Source: Methanobacteriota archaeon (GTDB lineage: Archaea; Thermoplasmatota; Poseidoniia; Poseidoniales; Poseidoniaceae). Taken from it: a DNA stretch of 64,000 nt. Where the stretch lies: NCBI GenBank assembly GCA_002689345.1, contig NZFU01000002.1:8438-72437 (forward strand), given 5' to 3'. Positions 18,641-26,228 of this stretch are shown piece by piece. A program made the translations under genes and the position numbers. Numbering within the stretch: position 1 is the stretch's first letter; every line of letters begins with the position of its first letter. The notes beneath the pieces were generated by a model. The model was not told the DNA's origin. It saw nothing but the letters and a program-made list of their open reading frames with translations, and made no database searches.

Positions 18641-19675
18641 ATGGCAGACTACACATTACTGATTATTTATGCATCCCTTGCGTTGGGTGTTTCATTCATC
18701 TGTTCCCTGCTAGAAGCAGTACTGCTATCTATGTCAGTATCTCACGTTAGTGTCATTAACAAGTCTGGTGATAAAAATGGATCTAGGTGGGCGCGTCTAA
18801 AAGAAGATGATTCAGTCAAACCACTAACTGCCATATTGACTTTGAATACAATTGCGCACACTATGGGTGCTGCGGGTGTGGGTTCTGAAGTATCTCGTAT
18901 CTGGGGCGATGACAAGCTCACAATAGCATCGATATTTTTGACATTGGCAGTATTATTCCTATCGGAGATTATACCCAAAACTCTTGGTTCCGCCTACTGG
19001 AAAGTATTTTCGAGACCATCTGGAATAGTATTGTCAGGGATGACTAAAATCCTATCACCATTCTTTGTACCACTATTGTGGTTTAAGCGCTTGTTACCAA
19101 AGGCAGAGACCTCTTCAGTAACTCGTGATGAACTCCATGCTTTAGCCGATATCGGCGAAGAAGAAGGTGAGTTGGAAGAAGATGAAGAGACAGTCATCCA
19201 CAATCTATTGGCTCTAAGAGAAATCCCAGTAAAGGATGTAATGACTCCAAGAACTGTAACATTATCCTTTGATCATGATTGGACAATCCGTCAAGTTTTA
19301 GACGATACCAAGATTTTACGATTTGGCAGAATGCCAGTATATGAAGAAACTATTGATTCTCTATCTGGATTCGTTTTGCGCTCAGATATATTGATGGCTG
19401 CATCTATGGATCAATGGGATACAACTCTATTGGACCTGAAAAAGCCATTATTGACTATCGGTATTGACGATAGTGTTGACCTGGCGCTTGATAGATTCCT
19501 TGAATCAAAGGTCCAGATACTAGCTGCATTAGACGAATTTGGCGGCACTGCAGGTATTATCACCATGGAAGACGTAATTGAAACTCTTCTTGGTGAAGAA
19601 ATAGTAGATGAATTAGACGAACACGAAGATATGCGTGAGTTAGCACGTGAGCAAGCTGCTAGTGAAGAAGAGTGA
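18641..19675 (+). CDS. DUF21 (CNNM) plus CBS-pair membrane protein, a putative Mg/Co efflux or hemolysin family member
   Basis: It has four N-terminal TM helices and then CBS-like segments. The start was trimmed to the ATG at 18641 (MADYTLL...) to avoid a 42-nt divergent overlap with the metG start. Confidence 0.65.
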   Translation: MADYTLLIIYASLALGVSFICSLLEAVLLSMSVSHVSVINKSGDKNGSRWARLKEDDSVKPLTAILTLNTIAHTMGAAGVGSEVSRIWGDDKLTIASIFLTLAVLFLSEIIPKTLGSAYWKVFSRPSGIVLSGMTKILSPFFVPLLWFKRLLPKAETSSVTRDELHALADIGEEEGELEEDEETVIHNLLALREIPVKDVMTPRTVTLSFDHDWTIRQVLDDTKILRFGRMPVYEETIDSLSGFVLRSDILMAASMDQWDTTLLDLKKPLLTIGIDDSVDLALDRFLESKVQILAALDEFGGTAGIITMEDVIETLLGEEIVDELDEHEDMRELAREQAASEEE

Positions 19676-20611
19676 TTACAATATTTTGTTATCAATCCAC
19701 TCTAATATCAGTGCATCTCTTTCCTCATTAACTCTGTTTTTTGAGTGAGTGAGAGATGTTAGTAAATGTGGATATACTTCTACATCTTGGTCTAATAGTA
19801 AATCATAGTGGTACCTTCCAAGCCTAGAATCATTCTCTGCTTGTAGTAGAAGTATGGGGGCCTTTGGTACACCCCATGAAGGAATGTCAATATCTCTCCA
19901 TTCAATATTACCTATTTCAGGATGTATTTTGTTGAAACCTTTCATCGCCCATCGTTTGAATAGGGGGAACATGAATGGTATATTGGATGTTAATTCTTTC
20001 ATTATTGGCGAATATGCAACCATTGGCGACTCTAGCATTAGTGTGCCATAACTGTCCTTCCACCACCCTTGGTGGCGTGTGTTGTGCATGCCTATACAGA
20101 TGAATGCCCCTAGGCTATGTCCAAAAAAGTGAACCTTGTTAATTTTAGATTGATCTACAGACTCTAGTAATATCTTGAGGTCTTGGATTACTTTACCTGC
20201 AGTCCATTCTGGTGTGTCAGGAGCCATTCCGTGCCCTCTCATATCATGGGCTAGTGTATGTAGCCCTTTATTGCGAAATAATTGAATTCTTTCTGTGAAT
20301 TTTTCACTTGAAGATTGCCATCCATGTACGAAAACTACCATGTCTGATTTATTCGGTTGATAGTTAACATATCCATAGACATCGACTCCATTGTTATCTA
20401 AATTTATGATATCCCAATCTTTATTGGAAAAAGGAAGACTTCTCTTAGTTGGTCCGCGGAATATTAGTCGCAATAATATTTGATGAACCAATATTAGAAT
20501 AGTAATGCTGACTAGAGCTATTGAATAAGGTGTCAGTATTGACAAAACAGCACATGTGGCAATTAATGTTAGTATGGCATAGCCATCCCAGGTCGCCTTA
20601 CGGCGGTCCAT
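19676..20611 (-). CDS. Alpha/beta hydrolase with an N-terminal TM anchor
   Basis: The GHSLG nucleophile elbow is present, with HGW upstream. The N-terminal hydrophobic helix is YAILTLIATCAVLSIL. Confidence 0.6.
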   Translation of the reverse strand: MDRRKATWDGYAILTLIATCAVLSILTPYSIALVSITILILVHQILLRLIFRGPTKRSLPFSNKDWDIINLDNNGVDVYGYVNYQPNKSDMVVFVHGWQSSSEKFTERIQLFRNKGLHTLAHDMRGHGMAPDTPEWTAGKVIQDLKILLESVDQSKINKVHFFGHSLGAFICIGMHNTRHQGWWKDSYGTLMLESPMVAYSPIMKELTSNIPFMFPLFKRWAMKGFNKIHPEIGNIEWRDIDIPSWGVPKAPILLLQAENDSRLGRYHYDLLLDQDVEVYPHLLTSLTHSKNRVNEERDALILEWIDNKIL

Positions 20612-20613
20612 AT

Positions 20614-21480
20614 TCAGTCCTCAGTTTCTTCTACTGATTCGCCTTCAACAGATTCCTCTTCGGCCTTAGCAGCTCTCGCCTCTGCCTTTTTCTGAGCTTT
20701 TTCTTGGCGCTCAACTTGCTTTTCTTGCCACTTGTCACCAAAGTCACCAAGAGATTCAAATCTAGCTATCCAACCAGTTTCATTTCCAGTAGCTACGTGC
20801 TTAACCAGGTATGCGCTAAATGCTAAATCGAAAATTCCTTGAGAAAAATCTGAATTCTTCTTGAAGAAGAAATTTAATATCCAAATGACAATCATTACTG
20901 CACCAATAGCTACGTTTGTCACACCGCCACTTTGTCCAAGGTTCTGGAAATTCATTCCAATTAGAATGAATCCAATTAGGAATAAGAATCCTAGGCTGTT
21001 ATTCAAAACCGCATGTATGAATATTGGTTTGGACCCAGAGGAATTGATGTATTTGGTACGAGAAACGAATTCTCCGATATTCCTACCAGCCCATATAGGG
21101 ATGACAAGCCAGTTGACAAGTATCATTAGGAATGCTCCTATGAAAGGTATTGTCAAATCTGGATCTCCGAATGCGAATATTGCAAGTGTTCCAATAAGGA
21201 CTCCGAAGTTCCATGCGAAATTAATCAACCAACCGATATAACGAGGCATTTTACCTGATAGTTCGTATCCTTCTGGAAGACCACTAGGGCGTAGTTTTTC
21301 CGTTTTAGCTGCTTTTGGAGCTGCTCTCTTTGCAACTGCTTTCTTCGCTGCTGCTTTCTTTGGCGCCGCCTTCTTTGGCGCTGCTTTCTTTGGCGCTGCT
21401 TTCTTAGGAGCTGCTTTCTTTGCAACAGCTTTTGCTGGCTTATCTTCATCAAGATTTTCGACTTTGTCAAGTAATCCCAT
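20614..21480 (-). CDS. RDD-family-like membrane protein with an N-terminal KKAAP-repeat (histone H1-like) tail and an acidic coiled-coil C-terminus
   Basis: The sequence (KKAAP)x5 is followed by IGWLINFAWNFGVLIG..AGRNIGEFVSRTKYINSSGSKP, which is RDD-like. The C-terminus is KQVERQEKAQKKAEARAAKAEEESVEGE. The first ATG is at 21480. Confidence 0.5.
   Translation of the reverse strand: MGLLDKVENLDEDKPAKAVAKKAAPKKAAPKKAAPKKAAPKKAAAKKAVAKRAAPKAAKTEKLRPSGLPEGYELSGKMPRYIGWLINFAWNFGVLIGTLAIFAFGDPDLTIPFIGAFLMILVNWLVIPIWAGRNIGEFVSRTKYINSSGSKPIFIHAVLNNSLGFLFLIGFILIGMNFQNLGQSGGVTNVAIGAVMIVIWILNFFFKKNSDFSQGIFDLAFSAYLVKHVATGNETGWIARFESLGDFGDKWQEKQVERQEKAQKKAEARAAKAEEESVEGESVEETED
21322..21425. repeat. 15-bp tandem repeat (gctgctttctttggc)n encoding the KKAAP repeats
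   Basis: About 6 near-perfect 15-bp copies are read directly in the sequence. Confidence 0.7.
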
Positions 21481-21490
21481 TTTTGTCACC

Positions 21491-22645
21491 TCAACTATAC
21501 ATTGCACCGATTGCACGGTATGTTTCGAATTCTTCTGAATCTACGAATTCAGCTATAGCATCTTCAGGCATTCCGCCCAATAATGTGTCGACGACCGAGA
21601 AGAACTCAGAACGGTCATCTTCAGTGGAGTTTTCTGGAGATGAGCCTACGCTACGGTAAACTTCAAACCCATCGGATTTAGTAAATTCCTCAATTTTATC
21701 TTCGGGAAGATTAGAACCTAATAGTGCATCAACAATTGATACAAACTCTAAGAATAAATCGTCAGATTCGTCAGCGGGTTCAGCAACATAAGATTCTTCT
21801 TCTTCATCAACCTCAGCCTCATATTCCTCTTCGTCATCCGATTCAATCAATTCATCTATATCGGCCTCACCAGCAATTACAGCCTTGACTAATTTACGCT
21901 CAGACATTAATGATTCAAGCATTGGTCTTAATTCACGAAGTAATTCGCGGTCACCTTCATCTTTAGCAGATTGGTACTCCGGTTTGAGTCTACGTAATTC
22001 ATCTTCGATGGTTGTTAGTTGAGTATTCAACTCCACTAATGTATTTCCATCAAGGTGGCTTTGCTCTTCCTCTTCTTGATTTAGTAGTTGGACGGTTGGA
22101 GAATCTCTCACTTCAGCAACTTTGTCATCGCGCTCTTCTTTACGCATTACTATGATGTCACGGTCTAGTTCATGCCCAAATCTATCTGAATATCGATCGA
22201 GTAAACTGCCGATTTCGCCCTGGCTAATTCGGTCAATGTGCCCATAAACCTGTTGAAGCGGTTTACCACTCTTTTTGGCATACAGGCCGGAATATGAATC
22301 CTCTTCAACAACTTCTGGTTCCGGAGCTGGTGCTGGACTAGGTGGTAATGCCTCAATAGCGGGTTTTGGAGGAGGCATGACGGGCGCTTCAGCAGTTGCT
22401 GGCGTAGGTACTGGTGGTGGCCCTGCTGGAGAACTAGGAGCAGGTGGTGGAGCAGGGGCCGGAGGCGCAGGTAATGGTGCAGGAGGAGGAAGGGGTGCTG
22501 CAGGTAATGGAGCCGGTGGTGGAGGCAATGGCATACCCGGTGCAGGTGGCATTGGCATGCCTGGAGGTGGTGGCATTGGCATAGGCGGTAGGCCTGGCGG
22601 AGGGGGTAAATCGTTGCCTTTATTCTTCTTCTTACCCAGCCCCAT
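21491..22645 (-). CDS. Polyproline-rich, acidic, intrinsically disordered protein with two tandem roughly 40-aa acidic EF..VD.LLG..PED.I.EF..S..FE.YR..G modules
   Basis: Residues 10-110 are PPPPGLPPMPMPPPPGMP...APLPAPP. The C-terminus shows a clear internal duplication (DLFLEFVSIVDALLGSNLPEDKIEEFTKSDGFEVYRSVG versus SEFFSVVDTLLGGMPEDAIAEFVDSEEFETYRAIG), which supports this frame. The start was set to the ATG at 22645 to avoid overlapping priS. Confidence 0.5.
   Translation of the reverse strand: MGLGKKKNKGNDLPPPPGLPPMPMPPPPGMPMPPAPGMPLPPPPAPLPAAPLPPPAPLPAPPAPAPPPAPSSPAGPPPVPTPATAEAPVMPPPKPAIEALPPSPAPAPEPEVVEEDSYSGLYAKKSGKPLQQVYGHIDRISQGEIGSLLDRYSDRFGHELDRDIIVMRKEERDDKVAEVRDSPTVQLLNQEEEEQSHLDGNTLVELNTQLTTIEDELRRLKPEYQSAKDEGDRELLRELRPMLESLMSERKLVKAVIAGEADIDELIESDDEEEYEAEVDEEEESYVAEPADESDDLFLEFVSIVDALLGSNLPEDKIEEFTKSDGFEVYRSVGSSPENSTEDDRSEFFSVVDTLLGGMPEDAIAEFVDSEEFETYRAIGAMYS
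22290..22620. repeat. GC-rich low-complexity stretch (Pro/Ala codon repeats) that is open in three frames
   Basis: The spurious ORFs 22165-22659(-) and 22275-22766(+) arise here. Confidence 0.6.
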
Positions 22646-22728
22646 GGTGTGCACCTCATACCTCGTGGGCAGTAATCTGCCCTTGAACGTTGCCATTGGT
22701 CGAACCATACGTAGTATGGTATTGCGAC

Positions 22729-23967
22729 CTAAGATACAAGACGAGCCCATCCTTTCAAAATCATGAAAGTCGCCCCTGCCTCATGTATCTCAATTACATC
22801 ACCAGTAGACCCATCAATGATGCGATCATCGAATCTTGCAATCGCATCATCAACAGTGATTTCTATTCGTACTAATTCGTCTCGTGAAAGAGCTATTCCT
22901 TCACTAAGACAGTCAAATGAATTTGACCCATCTGGGTCGAGGCGATGGAGTGGGAATTCAGTGACCCTCATTCCACTCTTACCATGTAGCGAACCAGGCC
23001 ATCGGATTTGGCGTCTAGTATCGATAGTCACTACTTCATCTGTTTCTCCAGCACTACCCAACACAACACTTGAATCGGCCCTGATTAAATTCTGAAATAG
23101 TAATGCGTGATTATTCAAAGCAGTCAATCTTCCATTCAACACTCGTTGTCTGCGACTATCGGATTGCATTAACTCGGATAATTTCTCAACACTAGCTTTG
23201 CCTCGAAGTCCCTTTATTCCCTCTCTATCCATCATTTCCTGTAAAGATGCAGTCATTACCTTCAACATCTTGGTATCTCCTTCGTAAATAGAATCCAATT
23301 TACCAACAACCGATTCTATTCCTACTCCAACACGTTTGGCCCATCCTGTTGCGCCAGATTGACGCGACCTCTCTAAAAGGTCGCTTACCTCTACGCCTTC
23401 TCCGCGTATATGGCTAACTAATTCTCTTCTTGCTTCAGAACCAAGATGGAAGAATTTGGGATCTCGGTAATGCAGATGGAATCCTCGGTGCCCTGAAAAT
23501 GTAACCTGTAAATACTCTTCTTTGAATCCAAAATCTGGCTGCAAAAAATCATTCCATAGGGACCATGCTTGTTCTTGAATAACATCTATCATTCCGGGGA
23601 AGTCTTTGTCGGTCACACCTGGCAAATGGTCACCATCTAGATCGAAAATCAAGTCAGCACCCAACCAATCTTTGTCTGCCATCTTCAATTCATGGGGTTT
23701 TTTCCAGTATGCAGTTGAATAGAAACACGAATGTTGCGGCCTTTCACATATGAATCTCCGCACACTTTCCATATCAGAAAATGCCTTGTGCCGTAGGGGC
23801 ATTCCTCCTCCGAATGGAATAAACATCCATTCTCTAGTTCTTAGTCGAGGCGGGGTCCACAATTGTGCAGTACGATAGTACTGTGTAAATCGATGCGCGA
23901 ACCTAGCCCAGCCTGAAATTGTACCACCTCTGAGGTAGGTAGTTGGCGGAGACCTTTGAATCTTCAC
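22729..23967 (-). CDS. priS: DNA primase small (catalytic) subunit PriS
   Basis: It has the DLIFDLDGDH catalytic aspartate motif and REWMFIPFGG..RH. The protein is about 410 aa. The start is GTG, overlapping the upstream TGA as GTGA. Confidence 0.8.
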   Translation of the reverse strand: MKIQRSPPTTYLRGGTISGWARFAHRFTQYYRTAQLWTPPRLRTREWMFIPFGGGMPLRHKAFSDMESVRRFICERPQHSCFYSTAYWKKPHELKMADKDWLGADLIFDLDGDHLPGVTDKDFPGMIDVIQEQAWSLWNDFLQPDFGFKEEYLQVTFSGHRGFHLHYRDPKFFHLGSEARRELVSHIRGEGVEVSDLLERSRQSGATGWAKRVGVGIESVVGKLDSIYEGDTKMLKVMTASLQEMMDREGIKGLRGKASVEKLSELMQSDSRRQRVLNGRLTALNNHALLFQNLIRADSSVVLGSAGETDEVVTIDTRRQIRWPGSLHGKSGMRVTEFPLHRLDPDGSNSFDCLSEGIALSRDELVRIEITVDDAIARFDDRIIDGSTGDVIEIHEAGATFMILKGWARLVS

Positions 23968-24167
23968 TCTTTCCAGAAGCGAGTTTCTCTTTGAATTTCA
24001 ACAGTTGCAGTATCGGCACCAGTTAGTTCAACATAGTGTTCCCAGCAAAAATAGTTCTTGTCAACTACCATTGCTTCGCCGAAAGTCATACGTGTGCCGC
24101 AAGATTTGCACCGAGGGCCAAGTTCGCCATTTGGAGTCTGAGCAAGTTGGATATGTTCGTGTGGCAT
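23964..24167 (-). CDS. Small (67 aa) zinc-ribbon-like protein translationally coupled to priS
   Basis: It has CKSCG...(17)...CWEH. Its stop overlaps the priS GTG start. Confidence 0.4.
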   Translation of the reverse strand: MPHEHIQLAQTPNGELGPRCKSCGTRMTFGEAMVVDKNYFCWEHYVELTGADTATVEIQRETRFWKE

Positions 24168-24217
24168 GGGTCTTCCTCATTATGGCGTGACAGGATGAAG
24201 TCTTTGAATGTGGCGTA

Positions 24218-24700
24218 TCACCAGTCGATTTCCGTGCTTTCATCGCACAAGGCGAGTAAATCCAAAGCAACTTCGCACGATTCTGAAATTTCAGGTATTT
24301 TATCACTCAAAAATTTGAGCAATACTGGTTTAGCACTGCGATCACCTATGGCGCCAAGTGCCTCAGCGGCTTCATGGCGCACCATGACATGCTCTTGTTC
24401 ATCGCTCAGGACCTCGATTAATTTAGGAACTGCTAGTGGATCTTGCATTTGTCCAAGGACATATGCTAACTCGTGGCGCAACAATGCACTATGAGAATCA
24501 AATCCATCGCATAAAGCCATCACTGCATTACTCGTTCTATCATTCCTTAGCGAGAAAACTGCTCTCATTCTGAGGAACATTTTGATGTCCTCGTCAAGAA
24601 GAGTGTTGCGAAGTGAAGATACATTCGATTCCTTAGATGGTGGAGCAGGATCTACAGAACCATATTCTGAAACACCAGGGATTCGGTCTGCAATACTCAT
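24218..24700 (-). CDS. Half-size deoxyhypusine hydroxylase (DOHH)-like HEAT-repeat protein with two His-Glu motifs
   Basis: It contains SVDPAPP, SALLRHELAYVLGQMQDP, MVRHEAAEALGAIGD and SCEVALDL. These match blocks I recall from each half of eukaryotic DOHH (HE metal-binding dyads, AEALGAIG, SCEVALD). The protein is 160 aa, about one DOHH lobe. Confidence 0.55.
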   Translation of the reverse strand: MSIADRIPGVSEYGSVDPAPPSKESNVSSLRNTLLDEDIKMFLRMRAVFSLRNDRTSNAVMALCDGFDSHSALLRHELAYVLGQMQDPLAVPKLIEVLSDEQEHVMVRHEAAEALGAIGDRSAKPVLLKFLSDKIPEISESCEVALDLLALCDESTEIDW

Positions 24701-24703
24701 GAA

Positions 24704-25588
24704 TTATTCACCAGAACCGATAAAACTCATACCATCAACGTCGAAATTGGGGTCTATGAGGCCTATTCGTTGCCCCTCTTTCAAAAACATCCTAATCGAC
24801 TCTCGCCCTTCAGACTTGTAATCAATGGTTCTTTCGTTAACATACATAGATACGAATTCCTTATTGGTTTCGTCATCTATACCTCTACCCCATTTTTTAG
24901 CGAATTCTAGTGCCGTATCAGGGTTTGCGATAGAATGTTCGATACTCATTTTCGTATACATTGTCACATCCTCCATAGTTTGGTTACCCAAATCTTTGCG
25001 AACCACATTTCCTCCAAGAGGCATAGGTAATCCTCCAGTCTTTTCATTCCACCAGACTCCCAAATCAACTAAGACGTCTAAGTCGTGATCAACATAAGTC
25101 AATTGTCCTTCGTGAATAATTAGTCCTGACAAGTAACTTCCATCTAGGATTTTAGGAATGATTTCATCGAATGGTACTACTTCGTAAACCAAGTCGCCCC
25201 AGCATAGCCGAATCCCAAGATATGCACTTGTTTTGAATCCAGGGACAGCAATAGCACTATTCTTTGCATCTTCAATGGTTACTCCCTTCTTACAGACGAC
25301 CATTGGCCCATATCCCTCACCCATAGATGCCCCGCAGTTCATCAATGCATAATCATCTGAAATCTCAGGGAATGCATGGATACTGACAGCAGAAACTTCT
25401 AACTCCTTGTTCATAGCTCTGTGATTTAATGTTTCAATGTCTTGCAATTCATGTACAAAATCATAACCGGGAGTAGGAAATGCATTCGTAGTCATAGCAT
25501 GAAACATGAAAGCATCATCAGGGTCTGGTGAGTGACCGATTCTTACAATCTTGTCTCCGGTATTATTCGTGGGTAATTTAGTATTCAT
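24704..25588 (-). CDS. mqnD: 1,4-dihydroxy-6-naphthoate synthase (futalosine pathway) MqnD
   Basis: It has the IGHSPDPDDAFMFHAM and DIETLNHRAM motifs that are characteristic of MqnA/MqnD-fold proteins. Its longer length and these motifs fit MqnD. An alternative start lies at 25627. Confidence 0.65.
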   Translation of the reverse strand: MNTKLPTNNTGDKIVRIGHSPDPDDAFMFHAMTTNAFPTPGYDFVHELQDIETLNHRAMNKELEVSAVSIHAFPEISDDYALMNCGASMGEGYGPMVVCKKGVTIEDAKNSAIAVPGFKTSAYLGIRLCWGDLVYEVVPFDEIIPKILDGSYLSGLIIHEGQLTYVDHDLDVLVDLGVWWNEKTGGLPMPLGGNVVRKDLGNQTMEDVTMYTKMSIEHSIANPDTALEFAKKWGRGIDDETNKEFVSMYVNERTIDYKSEGRESIRMFLKEGQRIGLIDPNFDVDGMSFIGSGE

Positions 25589-25607
25589 TTTATCACCTAT
25601 TGTAGTA

Positions 25608-26099
25608 TCAATGACATGCTTTGCCAAATTTCTTCAATCGCCAGTAATTATACGGCCATGGAGTTATGAATCCTGCGAATAACATGATTGGAATAACCCA
25701 CCATGTAAGTATAGCGCCACCAGTCATCAATAGATCAACTAAATTCATTGCCGCCTCCATGGAAATCATGGATATTAGGGACATGCCAATAGCTACTTTG
25801 AATGCCTCTTTCAATATCATTTGCTTAGCTAATATTAAGGTTTCAAGAGCAATAGATGTTAGTAATCCATTAATCATTGCTAAAGCCATTATACTCATGG
25901 CGGACCAGCCAGAATCTGTATAGATGAATTGGAAGGCAGCAATAGTCCCAAAATCACCAATAGAACATCCAATGAGGCACCATTTCGTATTATTAGCAGA
26001 AGTTTTCCAGACCTCTTTATCTTTCCAAGAGAATACAGAAACTGTCGATGATTCATCATCGGTATCACAGCAGGAGCCGTCGCCCATCTCTGCGTCCAT
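25608..26099 (-). CDS. Small polytopic membrane protein with an acidic Cys-containing N-terminus
   Basis: It is 163 aa with 3-4 predicted TM helices. No family was recognised. Confidence 0.35.
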   Translation of the reverse strand: MDAEMGDGSCCDTDDESSTVSVFSWKDKEVWKTSANNTKWCLIGCSIGDFGTIAAFQFIYTDSGWSAMSIMALAMINGLLTSIALETLILAKQMILKEAFKVAIGMSLISMISMEAAMNLVDLLMTGGAILTWWVIPIMLFAGFITPWPYNYWRLKKFGKACH

Positions 26100-26228
26100 G
26101 GACTAGCGAATAGTGTAGGGTTTTTGAATAGTGGTATGTTGCTGGGAGGTGAAAATATAGTAACAAATACTAATATTTCGTCCAAATCCTCCGTTAGACT
26201 TTCAAGTTTGATGTGTCCTAAGTGTATT

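Noticed and set aside
21225-21470. Arg/Gln/Lys-rich 81-aa ORF (minus strand)
   Set aside because: It is an alternate frame of the 15-bp KKAAP tandem repeat inside the RDD-like gene.
21322-22620. Possible CRISPR array, given the several short tandem repeats (15-bp x6 at about 21340, GC-rich repeats at about 22300-22600, and 66-bp x2 at about 900)
   Set aside because: The repeats are directly adjacent with no spacers, and they are in-frame multiples of 3. They encode low-complexity peptide repeats inside longer ORFs. No cas genes are present.
22165-22766. ORFs 22165-22659(-), His/Leu/Gln-rich, and 22275-22766(+), Gly-rich, about 160 aa each
   Set aside because: These are alternate frames of the GC-rich proline-codon repeat. 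The third frame (21491-22645, minus) continues into a non-repetitive C-terminal half that contains an internal protein-level duplication, so it is taken as the coding frame.
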